DNA from: an uncultured Thermotogae bacterium
GTDB lineage: Bacteria; Bipolaricaulota; Bipolaricaulia; UBA7950; UBA9294
NCBI GenBank assembly: GCA_964552295.1
Contig: CAZKFV010000101.1
Coordinates: 2,401 to 66,400 of the forward strand
Direction: 5' to 3'
DNA: 64,000 bases
Every line of letters starts with the position of its first letter. The stretch's first letter is position 1. The notes below the pieces were generated by a model. The model was not told where the DNA came from, searched no databases, and worked only from the letters and a program-made list of their open reading frames with translations. Positions 1-9,423 of the stretch are shown piece after piece. Both the position numbers and the translations under genes were made by a program.

Positions 1-2
1 TT

Positions 3-224
3 GTTCTTCTGTTATCCCAAGCAGGAGAACAGGTTATCTTGATTTGCAAGGTAAGCAAGGGCATCGGGGTTGACGCCGGAAAAATAGTGAGGGCGCTCAC
101 TTCAAAGTTCGGAGGAGGGGGAGGAGGAAATCGCACTTTTGCTCAAGGTGGCGGCCTGAAGGCAGGTTCTCTAGATAAGGCTCTTAGTGAAGGCGCGCAA
201 GCTATCCGCAATGCACTTGGTTGA
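3..224 (+). CDS. alaS: alanyl-tRNA synthetase, C-terminal fragment (gene begins upstream of window)
   Basis: The frame is open from the window edge to the stop at 222-224. The translation ...VILICKVSKGIGVDAGKIVRALTSKFGGGGGGNRTFAQGGG... matches the conserved C-terminal end of bacterial AlaRS (G-run followed by AQ-GGG). Confidence 0.7.
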   Translation, partial: VLLLSQAGEQVILICKVSKGIGVDAGKIVRALTSKFGGGGGGNRTFAQGGGLKAGSLDKALSEGAQAIRNALG

Positions 225-288
225 ATCCCTGCTAGCTATTTCGCGAAACGCTGTTAGCCCAACCTTTGTTGTGTCCTGAAAAGGTCGC

Positions 289-1440
289 TCAACCGCCGAG
301 GCGAACTGGCATGCACACGTAGAGAAAGCCTTCATCAAGAGGCGATATCCCATCACCAGTAGGTTCTATCAATCCGGCTTTCTCTGATGTTGCCAGCCAG
401 AGAGCTATCTGCTCAGAGCTCATCCGCTTTAGAACATCTATCAGATACTCCGCCTTGAATGATATCTCAATGTCGGCAGAGGGAACCTTGCCGAGGCGCA
501 CTCTTTCCTCCGCCTCACCTTTATCCTTAGAGGACGAATTTATCCTGGCCGCGCTTTCTTCAGTGCTCACACGGAAGATAATCGCCCCTGATTCCTCGGC
601 AGCGGTAATCTCTATCCTTTGCAAGCTAGCCAACAAGGCCTGTCTATTGAAGGTAAGATTGATATTGTTGTCCTTGGGGATAACCCGATCGAAGTCCGGA
701 AACTCCTCCGCTATGGGTTTAGCGATGAATGTTACTCCCCCAGCACTGAAGAACACCTGGCCGTCGTTACGATATATATCCACACTGGCCGCGTTGACTT
801 GGGAAAGCACGCGGTCCAAATCGCTTAACACGCCCGCTTCAATCAAGAATTCCCCTTCCTCCAATACTTCGTCCATGGGAAGCGTCTTAATTGCCAGGCG
901 ATATCCATTTGTGGCCACCATCTTCATCTCACCACCAGCAATCACGATGTCCACCCCAGTCAGACTCAGACGAGTGGTCTCATTGGCTTTTAAGGATGAA
1001 AAGCCGGTCTGTTCAAGGCCTCGGTGAAACTGCGCTACCTCAATCCTGGCTATACGTTTTTCCGGAAGAGGAGAGATATCAGGATAGTCTTCCACTGGAA
1101 GTGTGGGCAAATCGAACAGCGCTTCTCCACATCGGAGCTTAACCAAGGTTCCATCTTCTTGGCCCGACTTCATGGTTATCCGATCGTCCTCTGGCAGATG
1201 GTTGGCAATCTGAGAAACAATTGCCCCGTTTAAAACCACAGACTCATCTTCTCCCCTATTCTCTATTGGAAGCTCGCAGTGAACCGCACGCTCCAGATCT
1301 GTAGCGTAAAGGCTAAGTTTATCGCCAGAGATCTCCATCTTTAGCCCAGACAGGATAGGCATACTGCTTCTTGTTCCGAGCGCATAACTAGCCAGCTTTA
1401 CGCCGAAGACTAACTCGTTTTTGTTACTTACAAAGTCCAT
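289..1440 (-). CDS. dnaN: DNA polymerase III beta subunit (sliding clamp)
   Basis: 383-aa ORF. The N-terminus MDFVSNKNELVFGVKLASYALGTRSSMPILSGLKMEISGDKLSLYATDLE and the ...LPVEDYPDI... block follow the canonical beta-clamp pattern, and the length is typical. Confidence 0.9.
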   Translation of the reverse strand: MDFVSNKNELVFGVKLASYALGTRSSMPILSGLKMEISGDKLSLYATDLERAVHCELPIENRGEDESVVLNGAIVSQIANHLPEDDRITMKSGQEDGTLVKLRCGEALFDLPTLPVEDYPDISPLPEKRIARIEVAQFHRGLEQTGFSSLKANETTRLSLTGVDIVIAGGEMKMVATNGYRLAIKTLPMDEVLEEGEFLIEAGVLSDLDRVLSQVNAASVDIYRNDGQVFFSAGGVTFIAKPIAEEFPDFDRVIPKDNNINLTFNRQALLASLQRIEITAAEESGAIIFRVSTEESAARINSSSKDKGEAEERVRLGKVPSADIEISFKAEYLIDVLKRMSSEQIALWLATSEKAGLIEPTGDGISPLDEGFLYVCMPVRLGG

Positions 1441-1506
1441 CTTTCTCCCCCTTTAGAAGCGTCCGTGATTAACTAATCATACACAATTGGTCGCTTATCC
1501 CAAAGA

Positions 1507-2097
1507 CTACACCATAAGAATATCTCGCACCTTCTGCGCGATTTCAACTATCGATTGTGTCCCATTTATCACATGGACAGTCTGATCGCCGTGTGTGAGC
1601 TCAAGGTAGCCCTTGCGGACCCGTCGATAGAATTTCAGATCCTCTTGTTCTATACGGTCGCCTACTTCACCTCTCCTTTCAAACGCTTTGTGTGCAGGCA
1701 AATCTATCAGGAAAGTAAGATCAGGTTGTCTTCCACAGGTAGCTATGCTATTCATCCGGTCGATCAATGCTAGGTCAAGCCCTCGCCCATAGCCTTGATA
1801 AGCCAGGCTGGAAAGGCGATATCGGCTGGACAAAACAATGTTTCCAGAAGCCAGTGCCGGCTCAATTACCTCCGCCCATAACTGCGCACGACAACTGATA
1901 AAAAGCGATAATTCTGACAAAGGGACAAGCTGTGTCTGGTCTCTGGAGAGAATAACACGTCTTACCGTTTCACCAAGTGCTGTACCTCCCGGCTCACGGG
2001 TAGCTGTAACCGGAAGATTCTTGTCATGAAGGTGCTTTGCCAGTATATCCACCTGTGTAGATTTACCGGTGAAATCAAGTCCCTCAAATACGATCAG
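1507..2097 (-). CDS. tmk: thymidylate (dTMP) kinase; start assigned to a non-canonical CTG
   Basis: REPGGT, SSRYRLSSLAYQGYGRG and the lid region are typical Tmk. The P-loop FEGLDFTGKSTQ is encoded upstream of the first canonical start (GTG at 2050-2052). There is no ATG/GTG/TTG between the in-frame stop (2167-2169) and that GTG. CTG at 2095-2097 would give (M)IVFEGLDFTGKSTQ. Confidence 0.8.
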   Translation of the reverse strand: MIVFEGLDFTGKSTQVDILAKHLHDKNLPVTATREPGGTALGETVRRVILSRDQTQLVPLSELSLFISCRAQLWAEVIEPALASGNIVLSSRYRLSSLAYQGYGRGLDLALIDRMNSIATCGRQPDLTFLIDLPAHKAFERRGEVGDRIEQEDLKFYRRVRKGYLELTHGDQTVHVINGTQSIVEIAQKVRDILMV

Positions 2098-2561
2098 CTT
2101 GCCTCGTAGTTCGATTTCTTGTCCCTCCCAAAGATAACGTGCAGAATTATCACCGCTGTTCCTACGCTAATGCATACATCCGCCAAATTATTGACAAACA
2201 ATCCCCTTATCTCCAGAAAATCTAGCACATAGCCGTAGGCAAGTCGATCAATTAGGTTTCCCATGGCGCCGCCAAGCAGTAATGCAAGGCCTGTACACAT
2301 CAAGCTGCTTTCGTATTTTCGAACAAGTAACAAACCGACAATTACCAAAGACACAGCAAGTGATACGGCAACAAAGGCAGTAGAGCCTCCCGGGAGTATT
2401 CCCATCGCTCCACCCACGTTATGCACTCGAGTCAGGCGGATATTCTGCCCGATCAGAGCACGAGACTCATGGAGCGCAATGGTGCCTCTGACCCAACATT
2501 TCAACAGCCTATCAACACCGATAGATACAGCAGCGATGGAAAAGCAAAGGGATCTATTCAT
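2094..2561 (-). CDS. lspA: lipoprotein signal peptidase II
   Basis: GGAMGNLIDRLAYGYVLDFL matches the LspA conserved block, and the protein has four hydrophobic segments. ATG at 2559-2561 (MNRSLCFSIAAV...) is preferred; an alternative GTG lies at 2589-2591. Confidence 0.8.
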   Translation of the reverse strand: MNRSLCFSIAAVSIGVDRLLKCWVRGTIALHESRALIGQNIRLTRVHNVGGAMGILPGGSTAFVAVSLAVSLVIVGLLLVRKYESSLMCTGLALLLGGAMGNLIDRLAYGYVLDFLEIRGLFVNNLADVCISVGTAVIILHVIFGRDKKSNYEAS

Positions 2562-2671
2562 GATAGCACAGCCTATCCACTCAAAGCACACTGGTCAAGT
2601 ACACTCTTGCAAATCTCCGTCTCAAGATGTAGCTTGTGATAAGCCACGTTAATCTTAGTTAAGGAGTTGTT

Positions 2672-3397
2672 ATGCAGCTTGTACGATTTATCCACCCGGC
2701 ATCCAACCTAGCCATGGAAGGAAAACTAGAAAAAGACACTATCGTTTCCTCATCCGGTACTGTAAGCCTGTATGAGGCACGGCTGATTGCCCCGTGTGTG
2801 CCCACAAAGATCGTTTGCGTTGGACGCAACTACGCTGCACATGCTGCTGAACTGGGGAATGAGGTTCCCAAGCGTCCGCTTCTCTTCTTCAAACCACCAT
2901 CAGCGGTGATTGGCCCCCACGATAAGATCCGACTTCCGCAAAGCCGCCTTGTTCACCACGAGGCTGAGCTCGCAGTGGTAATAGGCAAGCGTTGCCATGA
3001 AGTCAAAGCAGAAGAGGCAATGGATGTCGTTCTTGGGTACACCTGCATGAATGATGTATCCGATCGCGAGGCACAAGAGTGGGATAAGAATTGGGTTCGT
3101 GCCAAAGGCTTCGACACTTCTGCTCCCCTCGGACCAGTTATCGTGACAAAAGATGAAATCGAAGGGCCTTTTCATGTGATATCACGCGTGAATGGACAGC
3201 TTCGTCAGGATGGATCAACCCGCGATTTCATCTTCTCTATTCCCACACTAATCGAAGAAATATCCCACTACATGACCCTCGAACCAGGAGACGTAATCGC
3301 CACCGGAACCCCAGCTGGAGTTGGCCCGCTGGTGCACGGGGATACAGTAGAGATAGAGATTGAGGGAATTGGGGTTCTGGTAAATACCGTCAAGTGA
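2672..3397 (+). CDS. fumarylacetoacetate hydrolase (FAH) family protein
   Basis: FAH-fold blocks are present: HHEAELAVVIGK, GYTCMNDVSDRE and LEPGDVIATGTPAGVGP. Confidence 0.8.
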   Translation: MQLVRFIHPASNLAMEGKLEKDTIVSSSGTVSLYEARLIAPCVPTKIVCVGRNYAAHAAELGNEVPKRPLLFFKPPSAVIGPHDKIRLPQSRLVHHEAELAVVIGKRCHEVKAEEAMDVVLGYTCMNDVSDREAQEWDKNWVRAKGFDTSAPLGPVIVTKDEIEGPFHVISRVNGQLRQDGSTRDFIFSIPTLIEEISHYMTLEPGDVIATGTPAGVGPLVHGDTVEIEIEGIGVLVNTVK

Positions 3398-3766
3398 ACA
3401 AAGAACAGCACAAACCAGACTATAAGACCTAACCCGAGATTGATGTTATGGATGTCTTTTAGGCAACCTTATGAGGGCATTGCGTTAGCGTAGCATCGCC
3501 CCTTGAGCTACAGCAGGTAAGTAGAGATGGATAGCAGAACCGGTCGGCCCTTTCTGTAAACCTTGCTAGCAGCAGAGGCTAACCAGTTACCAGAAGAAAC
3601 TTCAAATACTCTACTAGCAAGTACCGGAAGGCTTATCATGCAAGACTGGTCCGCACACAAAAACCGCAGGCCGTTCACATAATCTACATAGCTTTTGGGT
3701 AGGATAATTTCGGGCAACAGGAAGTAACGCTAAACCTCCTTGAAAGAAGCCCACTACGCCAGCACA

Positions 3767-3792
3767 GAGGGGCCCAATCAATAGGGCCCCTC
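3767..3792. terminator. perfect 9-bp GC-rich hairpin downstream of the amidohydrolase gene (possible terminator)
   Basis: gaggggccc (3767-3775) / aatcaata loop / gggcccctc (3784-3792). No clear U-run follows on either strand. Confidence 0.35.
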
Positions 3793-3836
3793 ACCCCTTT
3801 ACAAGATTCGCGGTTGATAAATAAGGTATGCCTTAC

Positions 3837-5195
3837 CTACTGGTTGATTAACCTCAACGAAATCTCGTTATGACGAGGGACTAATCGGTAAAGTGATTCG
3901 TCAACTAGCCGGCCTTCCAAAACGCGCATCTCACCATTGACCATTGAGGTATCAACCCCCTCGGCAGCACAGTGAACAATTGCAGCCAGAGGATCGGACT
4001 GCGCTCCCGCATATTCTATCGCCCGCATATCGAATGTTATTAGATCAGCTGCTTTGCCCACTTCTATCGATCCAATCTCTTCGTGTCGGTGAAGGACCTT
4101 CGCGCCTCCCATCGTAGCCAAATAGAGAGCATCGCGCGCAGTGAATGATTCTGCGCCGTATCGGACCCGCTGCAAGAGCATAGCCTGCCTTACTTCCCGG
4201 ACCATGCTTGACGAGTCGTTGCTTGCCGAACCATCTACTCCGATTCCCACCGCCATGTCGGTGGCTGCCATCTCTACAACAGGCGCAATGCCAGAGCCAA
4301 GCGTCATATTAGAGCTGGGACAGTGGGCAAGCCCACACTGCGCTGCTGATAGTTTGGTGATGTCTGCCTCGTTCACGTGCACAAGGTGGGCAAACCATAC
4401 ATCACGCCTGAGCCAACCGAGCTGCTCCATGTAATCAACCGGACGCGCGCCAAATCTCTTCAAACAGAACTCTTCCTCATCCAGAGTCTCAGCAAGATGG
4501 GTGTGCAACAACACCCCGTATTCGTCGGCAAGCTTGGTTGACTGCCTCATTAGCTGTGCAGTGACAGAAAACGGTGAACAGGGGGCAAGCGCAATCCGGA
4601 TCATAGAAAGAGGATCCGGGTTATGATAACGCTCTATAGCTAGCTGGCAATCGCGGAGTATTTCGTCTTCGCTCTGCACTACACTGTCCGGAGGAAGTCC
4701 TCCATCTTTCTTGGAAAGAGACATAGAACCACGACAAGGATGAAAGCGTATTCCAGTGGTCATTGCACCCTCTATTTCAGCGGAGAAGATATTGGGGTAA
4801 GCCTGAGGGAAAAGATAGAAATGATCAGACGTGGTTGTCGCCCCCGAAAGCAGCAGCTCTGCGCATCCTATCGCTGCGCTAATGCGAACAGCCTCGGGGT
4901 CAAGATTCTGCCATCTTCTGTACAGAAACACCAGCCAATCAAAGAGCTTGCTGTTATGTGCCCCGGGCACGCTACGAAATAGGGTCTGATACAAATGATG
5001 ATGCGTGTTTACAAAGCCGGGAAGCAAGATCTTTCCGGTTCCGTCAATTACTCGATCTGCGTGGGGTTCATTGTGATCATCGTATACACCACTGATAACA
5101 TTGCCATCTACAAGAACGCTGCCTCCCGGGATTTCGCGGCGCTCTTCGTCCATGGTGGCAACGAGGTCGAAGTTGCGAAAAAGGGTAGTCACCAT
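3837..5195 (-). CDS. amidohydrolase-superfamily deaminase (8-oxoguanine/guanine/MTA-deaminase-like)
   Basis: Metal-binding HxH in FVNTHHHLYQT, plus HTHLAET and GVDGSASND blocks. The length is 452 aa. Confidence 0.75.
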   Translation of the reverse strand: MVTTLFRNFDLVATMDEERREIPGGSVLVDGNVISGVYDDHNEPHADRVIDGTGKILLPGFVNTHHHLYQTLFRSVPGAHNSKLFDWLVFLYRRWQNLDPEAVRISAAIGCAELLLSGATTTSDHFYLFPQAYPNIFSAEIEGAMTTGIRFHPCRGSMSLSKKDGGLPPDSVVQSEDEILRDCQLAIERYHNPDPLSMIRIALAPCSPFSVTAQLMRQSTKLADEYGVLLHTHLAETLDEEEFCLKRFGARPVDYMEQLGWLRRDVWFAHLVHVNEADITKLSAAQCGLAHCPSSNMTLGSGIAPVVEMAATDMAVGIGVDGSASNDSSSMVREVRQAMLLQRVRYGAESFTARDALYLATMGGAKVLHRHEEIGSIEVGKAADLITFDMRAIEYAGAQSDPLAAIVHCAAEGVDTSMVNGEMRVLEGRLVDESLYRLVPRHNEISLRLINQ

Positions 5196-5197
5196 AT

Positions 5198-6232
5198 CTA
5201 TTCTCTGCTTAAATCCACGCTGTCAGCTGTTTCCAGGAACGCCGCCATAAGAGAGATCGCCGCTTCTAGATCATCCTGGTGTGCCATCTCTACCACGGAA
5301 TGAACGTACCGTGATGGAAGTGATAAGGTAACAGCAGCTGATCCTGAGCGGGCACGCTGCATCGCCCCAGCGTCGGTTCCACCCCGCGGCAGTATCTCCA
5401 TTTGGTAAGGGATCTTGCGCTGGGCGGCCAGATCCTTCATCGCACGCACAAGTCCAGCATGGGATATGGAAGAACTATCAGCAATCTTTATAGCAACGCC
5501 CTCTCCAAGCTTTGTGATCTGCTGTGAGCTGGGAACACCTGGCATGTCAACCGCCAAGGTTGTATCCAGGGCAATCGCAATATCAGGATCAACCGCAAAT
5601 CCAGCAACCTGCGCTCCCCTTAACCCGACTTCTTCCTGAGTTGTTCCGACAAAATACAGGTCGCAGGCAAGCTTGCTAGCCCGCTTAATAGCTTCTATAG
5701 CAATGTATAAGCTTGCACGGTCGTCGAGCGCCTTTCCAGATACCACCTCTTCTCCAATCAGGAAATCCTGGCGCAAGGTTACCATATCTCCTATTCCCAC
5801 TAACTCACGCACCCGCTCCTCGCCTAGCCCCAGATCCACGAATAGATCCTTCATCTCTGGTAGCTTCTTTCTTTCCTCCTCAGTCATGATATGGATAGGT
5901 TTTGACCCTATGCATCCAACAAGGTCCCCAGCTTCCGTGTGCACAATGACCCGCTGAGCAATCAGGGTCTTAACGTCAAACCCACCCAAGGGATGAATGC
6001 GCAAGAATCCCGTGTCCTTCTCGATGTAGCTTACGATAAACCCAATCTCATCCATGTGCGCAGCTATCATCACTACTGGTCCCTTGCCAGGGAAGTGACA
6101 GATGAGGTTTCCCAATTGATCAGTCTGAATAGTCTCTGCCACATCCTTCAATGCACCGCTGACGATCTCACGAATCCGTGCTTCGTGTCCAGGGATGCCT
6201 GCCGCCTCACTCAAGTTCTTAAGAAGCTCCAT
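5198..6232 (-). CDS. M42 family metallo-aminopeptidase (FrvX/PepA-like)
   Basis: Blocks IAAHMDEIGF, ALDDRAS and TTQEEVGLRGA are present. The gene ends 2 nt before the downstream amidohydrolase start. Confidence 0.8.
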   Translation of the reverse strand: MELLKNLSEAAGIPGHEARIREIVSGALKDVAETIQTDQLGNLICHFPGKGPVVMIAAHMDEIGFIVSYIEKDTGFLRIHPLGGFDVKTLIAQRVIVHTEAGDLVGCIGSKPIHIMTEEERKKLPEMKDLFVDLGLGEERVRELVGIGDMVTLRQDFLIGEEVVSGKALDDRASLYIAIEAIKRASKLACDLYFVGTTQEEVGLRGAQVAGFAVDPDIAIALDTTLAVDMPGVPSSQQITKLGEGVAIKIADSSSISHAGLVRAMKDLAAQRKIPYQMEILPRGGTDAGAMQRARSGSAAVTLSLPSRYVHSVVEMAHQDDLEAAISLMAAFLETADSVDLSRE

Positions 6233-6395
6233 TTGCCCTCCTTATACCCTCTGTATATTAAAGCCTTTACAGCACGCTGGATATCACAAGACTATGACAA
6301 TAATACTGATTCTTTCTAGGGCAAAACAAGCACGGGTATGATGCTGCAGTCTTTCTTCTTGTAGCGAATGTCCAAACATATAGTATCATTGCTAT

Positions 6396-7187
6396 ATGAT
6401 CCCGCTAAGAGACTACCGTAGAAGCAGAACATTTCCGGCCATTACGGTTGCCCTCATCGTGATTAACTTGCTTGTCTTTTCCTACCAGTTAACAAAAAGC
6501 CCGGACGAGAGCCTGATCCTTAACGTGTCATCATGGAGCTCTCATGATCTAAATTTTGCGGATCTCGATCGCCCAGCCTCCTATGTTAGTATTTCCCCCC
6601 GAGACCAATTTGTGTTTTCGTATGGATTCATTCCTGGAGAATTCTTCTCTGGCAAGGACCTTCCACCAGAAATCCCAATTCCACTTTGGATAACGCTGTT
6701 TACTTCCTTGTTCATTCACGGTAGTCTCTCTCATCTCTTGGGGAACATGCTATATTTGTGGATTTTCGGAGATAATGTCGAGGATGCTATGGGGCACTGG
6801 AAATTTCTGCTTTTCTACCTCTTGTGTGGTCTTGTAGCTACTTCTGCTCAGACCATCGTCTCTTCCCACAGTGCCATCCCTCAAATTGGTGCTTCCGGAG
6901 CGATAGCCGGTGTCTTGGCTGCATATTTCATGCTTTTCCCTTATTCTCGAGTCCTTACCTTAATTCCTATCTTTTTCTTCATCAGATTGATGGCGATACC
7001 GGCTGTAGTGCTTCTAGGTCTTTGGTTTATTTTTCAGGTGATAAGTGGGGCAGGGACAATCGGCGCCACTGGAGGAGGCATTGCCTTCTTCGCCCACATA
7101 GGAGGATTCATCGCCGGGGCCCTACTTGTTTTCATCTTCCGTAATCGCAATGTCCCTGTAATCCTGTGGGAAAGGATTCGCCACTGA
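6396..7187 (+). CDS. rhomboid family intramembrane serine protease
   Basis: Polytopic membrane protein with HxxxN (HGSLSHLLGNM), the catalytic GxSG (GASGAIAGVLAAY) and the downstream His (FAHIGGFIAGALL). Confidence 0.85.
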   Translation: MIPLRDYRRSRTFPAITVALIVINLLVFSYQLTKSPDESLILNVSSWSSHDLNFADLDRPASYVSISPRDQFVFSYGFIPGEFFSGKDLPPEIPIPLWITLFTSLFIHGSLSHLLGNMLYLWIFGDNVEDAMGHWKFLLFYLLCGLVATSAQTIVSSHSAIPQIGASGAIAGVLAAYFMLFPYSRVLTLIPIFFFIRLMAIPAVVLLGLWFIFQVISGAGTIGATGGGIAFFAHIGGFIAGALLVFIFRNRNVPVILWERIRH

Positions 7188-7305
7188 CACTTCTCTTGAT
7201 AACGCCGTAAACGTAACGATGAACTTTCTCTTGCTACTTCACATCGAAAGCGAAAGCTGTTATCATGATACATCATTCTAGAAATCGATAAAGAGGTGAT
7301 TAGTA

Positions 7306-8097
7306 ATGAGGACAAAGGCCCTTATGGGTTTTTCTTGTCTGCTTTTGCTGTTTGTCAGCATCGTGGCCATGGCTGATGGTGCTCTCACAGATCACAAACC
7401 GATCGTCATAGGTAGCAACTATGAGTTCACCGAAGAAAACGGCGTCATAGGAGGTTCAGGAACGGTCGACGACCCCTACATAATCGCTGGATGGAAGATC
7501 GATGCTGGCTACAGCCGTTATGGAATCAGCATTCACCGCACAGATCGTTACTTTGTCATTGACAATGTTCAAATAAGCGGCGCCTCGCAAGCTGGCATCT
7601 TCTTAAGCTATGTAGAGAACGGTTTAGTAAGTAATAGCATGATATCAGGAAACTGGATCGGTATTACGCTGAGTTTTGCTTCCTCGAATCGAATCGAGGC
7701 TTGTACGCTGACCGCCAATACCGACGGTGTTCACCTCTACTTCTCGCACGATAACCAGATTCTGTGGAGTGTAATCTCCAAGAATGATACGGGTCTCTGG
7801 CTTGATGCCTCAAACAACTCCGATATCATAGGAAACACGATATCCCGAAATTACATGGGGACTTATCTCGATCTGGGATCACAAGGAAACATCATATATG
7901 CTAATTCCTTTATCGATAATACCCATAACGCCCACTCAGTGAGTACAAATTTCTGGGACAAAGACGGATGTGGAAACTACTGGTCAAATTGGGAAGCAAT
8001 AGACGCTGACAAAGATGGCATCTGGGATTCCCCCTATGTGATACGAAGCCAAGGCGATCAAGACAATTTTCCGCTAGTTCAAATGTGCCAAGAATAG
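7306..8097 (+). CDS. secreted right-handed parallel beta-helix protein, NosD-like
   Basis: Signal peptide MRTKALMGFSCLLLLFVSIVAMA. Repeated beta-helix turns (ISGNWIGITL, LTANTDGVHL, ISKNDTGLWL, ISRNYMGTYL). The N-terminal block DDPYIIAGWKIDA is shared with the ORF at 50579. Confidence 0.65.
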   Translation: MRTKALMGFSCLLLLFVSIVAMADGALTDHKPIVIGSNYEFTEENGVIGGSGTVDDPYIIAGWKIDAGYSRYGISIHRTDRYFVIDNVQISGASQAGIFLSYVENGLVSNSMISGNWIGITLSFASSNRIEACTLTANTDGVHLYFSHDNQILWSVISKNDTGLWLDASNNSDIIGNTISRNYMGTYLDLGSQGNIIYANSFIDNTHNAHSVSTNFWDKDGCGNYWSNWEAIDADKDGIWDSPYVIRSQGDQDNFPLVQMCQE

Positions 8098-8382
8098 GCC
8101 AACTAGTTCTGACAAACTAACAACGGCGCATAGATCAGAAGACTTTCATACTGGGGTATGGATAACAAGAAGACGCTTGCATGTAGACACTTGGTGTTTC
8201 CTCTGGTGATATCTCACCAAAGATGTGTTCCTGCTAGTAGCCAAACCAGCGATCTAGCTACTCCGAAACCTCGGCCCTTATTAGGATTACCGTACCCTGC
8301 GGATCATTACCCCAGCTAGCAGCAATGCCGAATCGGAAGAAGGCGAGGAGACTAGACCAGATGTGGAAAGTAAGGAGGCTTG

Positions 8383-9411
8383 ATGTGCGCTGAGAAAATC
8401 TCGCAGTACTTGCATAAAGACATGCCTTACCCTCTAACACACGTTCCAATTAGGGATATACGCCAAGGGCAACACATTTCTCAGTGTTTTCTCGCCAAAC
8501 AGAAGTCTCTGCGCTCAACCAGAGCAGGAGATGCTTACCTAGAAATACTCCTTGGCGACAAGTCAGGAACGGTATCAGCACGTGCATGGACAGAGGCAAC
8601 CAAGCAGTTTGCCTCGCAATTCGATGAGGGAGATTTCGTGTTCGTTAATGGTCGCACCGAAATCTACCGCAACACGCTACAGATAATCGTACAGACGATC
8701 ACGCGCCTAGAGACTTATGAGAAGGAACAAGGAAAAATCACTGGCTTCGATCCCAGCCTTCTAGTTCCTACCAGCGAGCACAACATAGATGAGATGTGGA
8801 AAGAGCTTACAGAACTGATTTCAAAGATCTCTCCTGATCCCCTTCGGGAGCTTACTGCACAATTGATCAGCGAGAACGAGGACGCGCTACGGAAATACCC
8901 TGCAGCAGTGCAATACCACCACTCTTACCTGGGAGGTCTTCTAGAACACACGTTGGAAGTAGCGCGCGGGGTAAGCCAGTACGCATTGACCTGCTCCACG
9001 CTCGACCAAGGCATGGCTACAGCAGGAGCAATCCTGCATGACATTGGCAAGGTTAAGGAGCTAGAGAACCCAATTGCTCCTCACTACAGCTTTACTGGAC
9101 AGCTGTTGGGTCACCTGCTTCTGGGACGAGATATGGTCCGCGAGACAGCAAAGCACATCTCCTGGCCTAACCAACAAATGCCCGAATTGTTAGAACACAT
9201 TATTATTTCCCACCATGGGGAGTTAGAGTTTGGAGCGGCAATTGTGCCAAAGACTGCTGAAGCTATAACCGTGTACTATTTTGATAATCTCTCTGCCAGA
9301 TTAAACATGCTAAAAATGCATATAGCCAAAGACGCCGAAGAAGGTTGTTTCACTGATTGGCACGCTCTACTACAAAGGAAGCTTTTTAAAGGCTCTGACA
9401 AGCAGTGTTAG
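8383..9411 (+). CDS. OB-fold + HD-domain nuclease, YhaM-like 3'-5' exoribonuclease
   Basis: The N-terminal OB-like region (AYLEILLGDKSGTVSARAW...FVFVNG) is followed by HD-domain blocks (HHSYLGGLLEHTLEV, ILHDIGK, ISHHG). SD TAAGGAGG lies at 8371-8378. Confidence 0.7.
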   Translation: MCAEKISQYLHKDMPYPLTHVPIRDIRQGQHISQCFLAKQKSLRSTRAGDAYLEILLGDKSGTVSARAWTEATKQFASQFDEGDFVFVNGRTEIYRNTLQIIVQTITRLETYEKEQGKITGFDPSLLVPTSEHNIDEMWKELTELISKISPDPLRELTAQLISENEDALRKYPAAVQYHHSYLGGLLEHTLEVARGVSQYALTCSTLDQGMATAGAILHDIGKVKELENPIAPHYSFTGQLLGHLLLGRDMVRETAKHISWPNQQMPELLEHIIISHHGELEFGAAIVPKTAEAITVYYFDNLSARLNMLKMHIAKDAEEGCFTDWHALLQRKLFKGSDKQC

Positions 9412-9423
9412 TAGCGCTATGCC

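Noticed and set aside
455-1233. ORFs of 69-190 aa on the plus strand (455-1027, 619-828, 891-1142, 1024-1233) opposite dnaN.
   Set aside because: They are entirely antisense to a confidently identified gene. Their translations are Ser/Pro/Arg-rich and low-complexity, with no SD. They are typical shadow ORFs.
3508-3717. 69-aa minus-strand ORF in the 440-nt spacer.
   Set aside because: It has a TTG start 17 nt from the nearest SD-like sequence and no recognisable motif. Its hydrophobic/Ser-rich composition resembles a random ORF. The spacer is kept only as a low-interest region.
8258-8449. 63-aa minus-strand ORF upstream of, and overlapping, the YhaM-like gene start.
   Set aside because: It overlaps the strong SD and start of the plus-strand gene. 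It has no SD of its own and a featureless translation.
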